Part shown: piece after piece, positions 27,770-35,283 of the stretch
Position numbering within the stretch: the stretch's first letter is position 1
Layout: the number at the start of each line of letters is the position of its first letter
Source of the DNA: Candidatus Woesearchaeota archaeon
GTDB lineage: Archaea; Nanobdellota; Nanobdellia; SCGC-AAA011-G17; CAYHUI01
Assembly: GCA_964360175.1 (NCBI GenBank)
Contig: CAYHUI010000002.1
Span: forward strand, 1 to 60,028
Direction: 5' to 3'
DNA: 60,028 nt
Translations under genes and position numbers: made by a program
The notes under the pieces: model-generated
What the model was told of the DNA's origin: nothing
The model's database searches: none
What the model saw: only the letters and a program-made list of their open reading frames with translations

Positions 27770-29281
27770 TTAAAATTTATCCAAACTTTTTTCCAATAAA
27801 TTTTCATCTCTCATCTTATAAATTATTTTTTTCATTGTATCTACATCCCTAGCCGATTTCCAATAAAATCCAGAATCCCTTGTTCCTTTGGTAATTAAAT
27901 AAATTATTCTTCCAGGTTGTATTCTGGCTATCCTCCCTCCACGTTGTATACGTCTTATTGCAGAACTTACATTATCATAAAATATTGCTAAATTTGCACT
28001 ACTAATATGAATTCCCTCTTCTGTAATACTTGTTCCAACTAAAATATTATAACTCCCTTTTTCAAATTCTTTAATTGTATTAAGTTGTTGTTTTTGGGTT
28101 ATACCATCTTTCTGCCCCATTAATTCTATCGGTTTTGCATTTGGAATTTTCCTTAACAAAGAAACTAAATATTTTACTGTATTTCTATAATTTGCAAATA
28201 TAATTATTTTAGAATTCGAATTTTTTCCCAATTCTTCCCTTATAATCTCACAAAGTTTATCCATTTTAGGGTGTTCAATGTTTTTTTCAATTAATTCTTT
28301 AGTTAAATAAACCGCTTTAGAAATTTCTTTATTATTTAAAATAATTTTAGCAGCTTTTGTTTCTTCTGTATTTAATTTTCCAAGAAATTGATACAAAGAA
28401 TTTATCCCCTGTGTTTCCAGTAACTCTAATGCATAATTGAGTTTGATGGCTTGTGCAGCTAAAGATATTGAAGCATAAGCACTTTGACTTCCTCTTTCTA
28501 AATCCTGTCTAAATCTAACTTGTAGTTTTAACAAATCAGTTTTGTTAATTAAAGATACTGGTTTAGATATTCCAAAATTTTTTAAATTATTAATTTTTTC
28601 TCTATAAACATTTTTAATTAAATTATGAATTATTTTAAAACTTTGAGGTAATTCAACATTCACCAATTCAATTTGTTTTTCTTGTAAATAAGGTTTAACA
28701 TCTTCATCTTCTTCTGTTCTTATTTCTATACCATCAATAAATAAATTTTCACAAATTTCATTTATTTTATCTTTTGTACTTCCAGGAGAAGCTGTTAATC
28801 CTAAAATTCTTGGAAATTTAGATTGCTCTATATATTTTTTAGCTACAAATGTATTAGCATATTTCATTTTAGATCTATGAGCTTCATCTACACATAACAT
28901 TGAAAAATTCTCTAAGTTTATTCTGTTATTAATTAAATCACTTTCAATAGTTTGGGGTGTTGCAACTATTACAATAGCATTTTCCCAAATTTCTTTTCTT
29001 TTTTTTGGATTAATCATCCCTGTTAATAAAATAATATCCTCTTCAGGAATAGTTGTATTATCTTTAAATGTTTTAATATGCTGACTACTTAAGGGTCTTG
29101 TTGGAGAACATACTAGAATTTTGGATCCTGGATGTTCATTTAATTGATTAACAGCTAATAAAATACAAATAGCAGTTTTTCCCATTCCTGTAGGCAACAC
29201 AACTAATGTATTCTTATCAATGCAAGTTTGTAAAATTGCTTCTTGATATTTTCTAGGAATAAAATCTTTTATTTCTATCAT
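27770..29281 (-). CDS. Hef/FANCM-type SF2 helicase (Hef helicase half)
   Basis: 503 aa. Motif I LPTGMGKT, motif II VDEAHR, TASPG, motif VI QRGGRIAR. An inserted helical domain lies between the RecA lobes, as in Hef. Confidence 0.85.
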   Translation of the reverse strand: MIEIKDFIPRKYQEAILQTCIDKNTLVVLPTGMGKTAICILLAVNQLNEHPGSKILVCSPTRPLSSQHIKTFKDNTTIPEEDIILLTGMINPKKRKEIWENAIVIVATPQTIESDLINNRINLENFSMLCVDEAHRSKMKYANTFVAKKYIEQSKFPRILGLTASPGSTKDKINEICENLFIDGIEIRTEEDEDVKPYLQEKQIELVNVELPQSFKIIHNLIKNVYREKINNLKNFGISKPVSLINKTDLLKLQVRFRQDLERGSQSAYASISLAAQAIKLNYALELLETQGINSLYQFLGKLNTEETKAAKIILNNKEISKAVYLTKELIEKNIEHPKMDKLCEIIREELGKNSNSKIIIFANYRNTVKYLVSLLRKIPNAKPIELMGQKDGITQKQQLNTIKEFEKGSYNILVGTSITEEGIHISSANLAIFYDNVSSAIRRIQRGGRIARIQPGRIIYLITKGTRDSGFYWKSARDVDTMKKIIYKMRDENLLEKSLDKF

Positions 29282-29333
29282 CTTAATTTATTAATAATAA
29301 GTTATATATTTAAACATTCTTAAAATATTAGAA

Positions 29334-29534
29334 TCAACTTACTTCACTAGTACATTCATATAAATGAGCATTACATTTACTACAATAAATATTATATCCA
29401 AGTCTACCACTAAGAGGAATATTATCATGAATAGAAGTATCATCTCTAATTTTTGGAGGTCCTAAAATAATTTTTTTACAACTATTGCATTCATAAGCTA
29501 TTTTAGTTGATAAACTCCAATTTCCTTTCTCCAC
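29334..29534 (-). CDS. Small zinc-ribbon protein
   Basis: 66 aa, GTG start, with two CxxC pairs (CNSCKK ... CSKCNAHLYEC). Confidence 0.4.
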   Translation of the reverse strand: MEKGNWSLSTKIAYECNSCKKIILGPPKIRDDTSIHDNIPLSGRLGYNIYCSKCNAHLYECTSEVS

Positions 29535-29557
29535 TTGACCATAAATTTGATACGTAT

Positions 29558-29719
29558 CTCAAATTTTTCTTACAACCCTTATTATCTCATATTTATTATT
29601 TTCTGGAAATAATTCCTTTAACTTTTCTTCTGAAACTATTATTCCAACTAAATCTTTATTTATAGGAAACCAACTTTCACGTTCAGAATCTCCAGGTTTT
29701 CTATTTGGTAAGAGGCTCA
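29558..29719 (-). CDS. Possible small ORF (53 aa), unknown function
   Basis: My own translation is MSLLPNRKPGDSERESWFPINKDLVGIIVSEEKLKELFPENNKYEIIRVVRKI. It falls below the ORF-track length cutoff and fills an otherwise empty gap. Confidence 0.25.
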
Positions 29720-29757
29720 TAAAAATAACAAGTTAAAAATATATATAAAACTATTTA

Positions 29758-30211
29758 TTATTTAATAAAAAAAAGTATGATAAAAATTATTACACTAATT
29801 AAATATGTAAAAAAGAAAATCCATCTTTTTTTAAACCAATTTTTATATTTCGGTTTTTGTTCTTCAAATATCCCTCTTGTATATTTAGTATAATAAGTTT
29901 TATAGAATTCTATTATTACTCTTTCTAAACCACCAGTGCTTAATAACAAGAAAATCGGAACCGCTGAGAATCTGATTAATAAAAATCCAGCAAATGCTCC
30001 GGTAATAGGACTTCTAATAAATTTCTTAAATTTAAAACCCTCACGTTGAGAATCTTTAATACCCCCACCTGTAGCAATAAGCATACCCCTCCATCAAACC
30101 TATTAATAAACCTGCTAAATTAATATTTATTGAAGAATCTAAAATTCTTTTTGTTGTGATAACAACTGTAGTTATTAATAATATAGCAATAATCCCAAAT
30201 AATATCCCCAT
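29758..30211 (-). pseudogene. Frameshifted membrane-protein gene (51-aa N-terminal piece plus 108-aa C-terminal piece)
   Basis: The ATG at 30211 gives MGILFGIIAILLITTVVITTKRILDSSININLAGLLIGLMEGYAYCYRWGY*. The 108-aa ORF (30084-29758) continues in another frame from within the overlap. The two pieces together resemble the neighbouring gene 30220-30555. Confidence 0.4.
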
Positions 30212-30219
30212 TATAATTT

Positions 30220-30555
30220 TTATAAAATGGTTTTTATAAGGAACACCGAATCTAATAAATACTGTCTCAAATTCAATATGATTTCTTTTTCTAAAAAAAC
30301 CTTTATAAATCTCTCAATCAATCTTTCTAAAGGGATAATAGCAAGAAGTAATATTCCTAAATTATCAACAATAAATACGTTTGATTTTTCTAAATAAAAT
30401 ATTATTATACCAATTAATCCTCCCACAACTAAACTACGAAAAAACTTTGACTATAAAAAATTTTCCCAAGGTGAATCCTTATAAGAATTTATGCTAGAAG
30501 CTATCAAACCACTTATTATTCCTATAAAAGTATATATTATAATCTTATATACCAT
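30220..30555 (-). pseudogene. Paralogous membrane-protein gene interrupted by an in-frame TAG (30451-30453)
   Basis: The ATG at 30555 gives MVYKIIIYTFIGIISGLIASSINSYKDSPWENFL, then TAG, then in frame SKFFRSLVVGGLIGIIIFYLEKS...LKTIL. It shares the motifs KDS..E.F...KF.RS...G and (P/G)LER.I.(E/R)F.K with 29758-30211. Confidence 0.4.
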
Positions 30556-30586
30556 ACTAAAATTGTTAAAATATGATTATTTAAAA

Positions 30587-31327
30587 CTATCTAAATTCTC
30601 TATAATAAAAATAAATTATAGTTAGTACAACCGCAGTTAAAACTGCCAGTATTAAAACTAAAAATATGTTTAAACCTTGCGTTAAAAGTACTGCAAATGC
30701 TAATAAAAAAATAGCAGTTAAAACAAATAAAGTTCTAGATGCTATAAAAACTTTTAATCCATCTAAATGAGACAAAGGGATCATATTGTATAAAGCTAGT
30801 AATAAATTCATCGTAGTAAAAACACCAAAATCTATGTTAAATAATTTTAATGTTGTAAATATAAAAACCAGTATTATAGCAGTTAAAGGTCCGACAACAG
30901 CAATTTTGCCTAATTCAACGTCTGTTAATCTTGGAAATATCCTCCCTATTTTATGCGCAACATGCGTTCTAATTACAGCGAATGAACCTACAGCTAGAAA
31001 TATAAAAACACCATTTGTTAAAAATATCAAAATTAAAGCTAAAATTATCCCAATAGGTAATTTAAAATTTAAATCGTTAGTAAACCAAATCTTTTTTATA
31101 TTCCAAATTCTATATTCTACATCAACGTTAAATCTTTTTGCTATAAGTTTTTGAGCGATTATATAAATAAGCAAAGCTATCAATCCTAGTAAACTGTAAC
31201 CAACCCAATTAAGGATACTTGTAGAAAAACTTGCACTAAACAATTTAAAAGAAAATAGAAAACCGATTACTATTGAAGATATTACAAGATTTATAAATTC
31301 AGTTTGGCTAAATTTTATTTTTTTCAT
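30587..31327 (-). CDS. Polytopic membrane protein, site-2-protease (M50)-like but lacking HExxH
   Basis: 246 aa. YNMIPLSHLDGLKVF matches the M50 NxxPxxxLDG motif. The position expected for HELGHALVARRYGV reads YIIAQKLIAKRFNV. Confidence 0.5.
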   Translation of the reverse strand: MKKIKFSQTEFINLVISSIVIGFLFSFKLFSASFSTSILNWVGYSLLGLIALLIYIIAQKLIAKRFNVDVEYRIWNIKKIWFTNDLNFKLPIGIILALILIFLTNGVFIFLAVGSFAVIRTHVAHKIGRIFPRLTDVELGKIAVVGPLTAIILVFIFTTLKLFNIDFGVFTTMNLLLALYNMIPLSHLDGLKVFIASRTLFVLTAIFLLAFAVLLTQGLNIFLVLILAVLTAVVLTIIYFYYREFR

Positions 31328-31985
31328 ATTGTTTAATCTTATTTATTATGGCTGATTCATGGCCGGCTCCGACTATAGCCACTATCTGCTTATTAGTGTT
31401 AAGCATTATCCTATATATATTTTTTGCCATTACCTCATCACGCTCTTTTATCAAAATTTTGTAAAAAGAGGGATATCTGTTTTTTACTTTGTCGATCAAT
31501 TCATTAATTATTTTTTCATCAGGAACTTTTCTTAAATCAAATTTAATTTTAGTTCTTATAAAAATACTTTTAAATATGTCTATTAGAAATCTAAGCTTTT
31601 CTTTTTGTGTTAGTTCTCTTGATAATTTATTTAAAGTTGTCTTTATATCCTGGTCTATTAAAACAATTTCAGCGTTTATTTTTGCAGCTGTTTCAATAGC
31701 TTTTTTCATTTCACTTCCAGGGGTGGTTCCAACTAATTTTCCTAATTTTCTTTCTAGCCATGCTCCTATTATACCTAATAACCAACCTTTAAAACCAAAT
31801 TTTTTTATATCAGAAAATTTAATTTCTCTTTTCAGACCTTTACTTAATATATAGAATCTTTTTTTATCTAATTCTAAAGCGATTATTTTCGGCTTTTTTT
31901 CAAGCAAAACTGCCTCAACTTCTTTAATGCTTTCAATTGCAATATGAGATGTTCCTATAATAATCAAATTTTTGTAGATTAGCAT
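31308..31985 (-). CDS. TraB/PrgY-family protein
   Basis: 225 aa with GTSHIA, ALELD and VGAGHES motifs typical of TraB/GumN. It overlaps the downstream membrane gene by 20 nt. Confidence 0.75.
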   Translation of the reverse strand: MLIYKNLIIIGTSHIAIESIKEVEAVLLEKKPKIIALELDKKRFYILSKGLKREIKFSDIKKFGFKGWLLGIIGAWLERKLGKLVGTTPGSEMKKAIETAAKINAEIVLIDQDIKTTLNKLSRELTQKEKLRFLIDIFKSIFIRTKIKFDLRKVPDEKIINELIDKVKNRYPSFYKILIKERDEVMAKNIYRIMLNTNKQIVAIVGAGHESAIINKIKQYEKNKI

Positions 31986-32058
31986 AAAAAAAGAAAGATA
32001 TATAAACTTTAAAAATATTTGGATAAATGTTATAATTAATGACCGGAGGTTTATAAAG

Positions 32059-32343
32059 ATGTTAAAAACAAAAAATATTGAAGATGTTTATGATATGGAT
32101 GTCTTTACAGACTCAGGTGAATTCTTTGGAGTAGTAGAGGAATGCGTATTAGTTAACAACAGGGTATCTGGTTGGAGAGTAAAGGCAACAAAGAATTCTT
32201 ATTTAAACAAAGTTTTGGGTGGAGCAAAAGGAGTTGTTGTACCTCATAACTTAGTTAAGTCTATTGGGGATGTAATGTTGATATCTAGGGCAGCTATTCC
32301 GACAGCTCAAGAAGCAGAAGAAGAAATGGTTGCTGAAGAATAA
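32059..32343 (+). CDS. PRC-barrel domain protein
   Basis: 94 aa. VYDMDVFTDSGEFFGVVEECVL...VVPHNLVKSIGDVMLI is a PRC-barrel pattern, followed by an acidic tail. Confidence 0.7.
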   Translation: MLKTKNIEDVYDMDVFTDSGEFFGVVEECVLVNNRVSGWRVKATKNSYLNKVLGGAKGVVVPHNLVKSIGDVMLISRAAIPTAQEAEEEMVAEE

Positions 32344-32417
32344 ACTAATTTTTTTATCTTTATTTTCTAATAAAAACCACAACTTTTAAATATATATGAA
32401 TTCTTTATTTTCTTATT

Positions 32418-32981
32418 ATGGCTTCACCTTTAAGTAATGCTATAGAATTTTTAAAAGATTTTGGTTTGTTTGATGTAGTATTACCTTTTCTACTTGTTTT
32501 CACATTTGTTTTCGCAATTTTAGAGAAAACTAAAATTTTAGGAACAGAGACTGATGGAAAAACTCCTAAAAAGAATTTAGATGCAATGGTTTCTTTCGTA
32601 TTTGCATTACTAGTAGTTGCTACAAATAAAATTGTCAGTGCTATAAATCAAGCATTACCGAATGTTGTATTATTAATTGTAATTTTCGTAACTTTTTTAT
32701 TAGTAATAGGTGTATTTTTTAAAACAGGCGAGATTGATTTTAGGAAAGAACATAAAGGATTGTACATCTCTTTTGTTATAGTTTCAATAATTTCACTTAT
32801 ATTAATATTTTTAGATGCAATTAAAACAAGTACAAATGAAAGCTGGTTAGACGTTGTAGTAAATTATGTAGTGAATAATATAGAAGGTTCTGTTATCTCA
32901 GGATTTGTCTTTTTAATAGTTGTAATATTTGCTATAGTTTATATAACCCATTCACCAACAGAAAAAACAGGGGAGGCTTAA
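32418..32981 (+). CDS. Uncharacterised polytopic membrane protein, paralog 1 of 3
   Basis: 187 aa. N-terminal FGLFDVVLPFLLVFTFVFAILEKTKILGTE is shared with the next two genes. Confidence 0.65.
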   Translation: MASPLSNAIEFLKDFGLFDVVLPFLLVFTFVFAILEKTKILGTETDGKTPKKNLDAMVSFVFALLVVATNKIVSAINQALPNVVLLIVIFVTFLLVIGVFFKTGEIDFRKEHKGLYISFVIVSIISLILIFLDAIKTSTNESWLDVVVNYVVNNIEGSVISGFVFLIVVIFAIVYITHSPTEKTGEA

Positions 32982-32985
32982 TTTT

Positions 32986-33564
32986 ATGTCACATACTTCT
33001 GGAATTTCATCAGGAAATTATTTAAATAATATTCTTGGTTCTGGTGGCATATATGATTTCTTTTTACCCTTTTTATTAATATTTACAATAATTTTTGCAG
33101 TGCTTGAGAAAGTTAAATTATTTGGAACAACTGCTTCAGGAAAATCGAGAACGAATATAAACATAATAGTCTCTTTAATAATCGCTTTAATAACAGTAGT
33201 ACAAACAGAAATTATTTTTATAATTAATAGTTATCTTTCAAGAGTTGGATTATTTATTGTAATAGCTTTAGCTTTTTTATTGATAATAGGTTTATTTGGA
33301 GCAGATGTGGAAGGAGGATTTAAAGGAGGCACTTTAGCTTTCTTTTTTATAGTAGCCATTATCGCTGTAATATGGGCGCTTGCTCCAACTTTAGGTTATG
33401 ATTTACCTTTCTGGGCATATGTAACTGGAACTGATTTTATAGCAATAGCTGGTTTAATAATTTTCATAATAGTTATTATCATGCTTGGAAAAGGAGAGGG
33501 AGGGGGTTCAGCAGAAAATCCATTTGTTAAATGGGGTAAAGAATTAGGAAAAGGAGGACATTAA
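32986..33564 (+). CDS. Uncharacterised polytopic membrane protein, paralog 2 of 3
   Basis: 192 aa. GGIYDFFLPFLLIFTIIFAVLEKVKLFGTT. GGGAGG Shine-Dalgarno about 9 nt upstream. 4-nt gap to paralog 1. Confidence 0.65.
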   Translation: MSHTSGISSGNYLNNILGSGGIYDFFLPFLLIFTIIFAVLEKVKLFGTTASGKSRTNINIIVSLIIALITVVQTEIIFIINSYLSRVGLFIVIALAFLLIIGLFGADVEGGFKGGTLAFFFIVAIIAVIWALAPTLGYDLPFWAYVTGTDFIAIAGLIIFIIVIIMLGKGEGGGSAENPFVKWGKELGKGGH

Positions 33565-33567
33565 AGA

Positions 33568-34089
33568 ATGGCAGTATTACAAACAAGTGTTTTAAGCTTT
33601 TTTTTACCAGCATTTACTTTTTTACTAATCTTAGTAGTTTTATTTGCTATTTTAAATAAAACAAAAATTTTGGGGGAAGATGCTAGAGTACAATGGGTTG
33701 CTGCATTTTCTATCGGTATGATAGTCTTATTCTCAGCGAAAACTGTTGAATTTATTAACTTTTTAACACCCTGGTTTGCCGTTATGGCGATATTTTTATT
33801 GTTCATATTTATGATTCCAATGTTTTTAGGAAAACAAACACAAGATATATGGTCTGCAATTGGCGGCCATTATATGGTCATAATAATTTCTATACTAATA
33901 GTTGTAATAGCCATTTCTGTTGTATTTGAACCAGTATTTACCCCTTTTAGAGATAGTAATGGAGAAGGCGGGAAAACTATTGGGGGTGAAGTTCTAAGAA
34001 CTTTATTTCATCCAAGAATATTAGGTGCAATATTTATTTTGATAATAGCATCATTTGCTATAAGAAACATTTCTCAAGTTGCTACATAA
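33568..34089 (+). CDS. Uncharacterised polytopic membrane protein, paralog 3 of 3 (more divergent)
   Basis: 173 aa. LSFFLPAFTFLLILVVLFAILNKTKILGED. AGGAGG Shine-Dalgarno about 10 nt upstream. 3-nt gap to paralog 2. Confidence 0.6.
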   Translation: MAVLQTSVLSFFLPAFTFLLILVVLFAILNKTKILGEDARVQWVAAFSIGMIVLFSAKTVEFINFLTPWFAVMAIFLLFIFMIPMFLGKQTQDIWSAIGGHYMVIIISILIVVIAISVVFEPVFTPFRDSNGEGGKTIGGEVLRTLFHPRILGAIFILIIASFAIRNISQVAT

Positions 34090-34106
34090 AAAATATATTT
34101 AGATAA

Positions 34107-34805
34107 TTATTTCTTTTTAAGTTCGTCTGTAATCTTAGATAGTTCTTTTACATTTCTTGTTAAAGGTTCTAGAATTTTTTCAAGTACTTTTTCCATTGCT
34201 TTTAGTTCAGCATTAACTCCCTCTATATTTCTACTATAATCTTGAACTTTACTTAAAATAGCATTTTGTAAATTTTCAAACCTCTCTTGAGTTCTAACTA
34301 TCTCCTGCTTTATTGAAACAAGTTCTAGTTTAACATTCTCTTTCCAAACCCTTATATCTCCAATGTCTTTTGTTAGATCATCCCATTTTTCTCTAATTAT
34401 AGATTCAGTCAATTCTTCTACTCTTTCTAAATCAGCACCTCTATTAATGCCAAAAGGTTGAGTAAAGGTTGGTTCCACTTCAGAACTTTCTTGATAAGAA
34501 GATGACGGTGTAAAACCATAATTAGTATAAGGCATAGGCTCATTTTCATAATCCTCTTGAGACGGTGTTGGCGGCATAGGCACGTTCAATGGAGAATAAC
34601 CTTCTGCATCAGCCGGAGCAGGTAATGGAACTTCAACACTTTTTTTAATATCAACCTGATTCATAGCATCTGAAATTTGTTGAGAACTAAAATTTTGCTG
34701 CTGTAAATTTCTGATAATTTCGGCATTAGACATGCCTCTTTTTCTCATATTTAAAATTAAATCTGTTGGAGTTTCTTGATTATTCATTATTTTCTTTCTT
34801 ACCAT
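34107..34805 (-). CDS. Coiled-coil protein with a small N-terminal helical domain and a Pro-rich linker
   Basis: 232 aa. N-terminal RKRGMSNAEIIRNLQQQNFSSQQISDAMNQ, a low-complexity P/E/S linker, and a C-terminal heptad-rich region. The start may be the internal Met at 34787. Confidence 0.55.
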   Translation of the reverse strand: MVRKKIMNNQETPTDLILNMRKRGMSNAEIIRNLQQQNFSSQQISDAMNQVDIKKSVEVPLPAPADAEGYSPLNVPMPPTPSQEDYENEPMPYTNYGFTPSSSYQESSEVEPTFTQPFGINRGADLERVEELTESIIREKWDDLTKDIGDIRVWKENVKLELVSIKQEIVRTQERFENLQNAILSKVQDYSRNIEGVNAELKAMEKVLEKILEPLTRNVKELSKITDELKKK

Positions 34806-35181
34806 TTTTATTATGTTTTTTAATTAAATCTACAACCTCTTTTTCTGTTACAAAATTTAAAGGATTCCAGAAATTAATATACTTTTCTAATACTTTTAAA
34901 TTTTCTTTTCTAGCAAAATTTTCACTGTCTTTGACCAGATTCTTTAAAATTTCTTTAAATCTAAATAAATCTTTTTTTATATCTTTTAAATCGGAATTGA
35001 TAAGTCTGATCTCTTCTGTAGATTTTTTATATTCATCAATCATGTTTTGATTTATTACAAACGTCCGTTCTCTAGACAAATTATATTTACTTTCTAAAAT
35101 TCTTACTCTATTATTTAAATCAGCTATTATAGAGTACGGATCCTCTGTAGAAATTTCTTGATTTAATTGCTCCATTTTCAA
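34780..35181 (-). CDS. Coiled-coil protein
   Basis: 133 aa, charged and heptad-like throughout. Same strand as and overlapping 34107-34805; divergent from the ATPase gene. Confidence 0.5.
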   Translation of the reverse strand: MKMEQLNQEISTEDPYSIIADLNNRVRILESKYNLSRERTFVINQNMIDEYKKSTEEIRLINSDLKDIKKDLFRFKEILKNLVKDSENFARKENLKVLEKYINFWNPLNFVTEKEVVDLIKKHNKNGKKENNE

Positions 35182-35283
35182 ATACCGAAAATTATTTTAA
35201 TAAAATAAATACCATAATATCATTATTTAAATCATATATTTTAATTTATCTTAAATGTTATGTGATTATATAAAAGTGGTAAT

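Noticed and set aside
30451-30453. The in-frame TAG as a possible pyrrolysine or readthrough codon.
   Set aside because: TAG is used as an ordinary stop elsewhere (for example 57631-57633). No pyl genes are visible, and the neighbouring paralog is also broken, by a frameshift. Decay or sequence error is more parsimonious.
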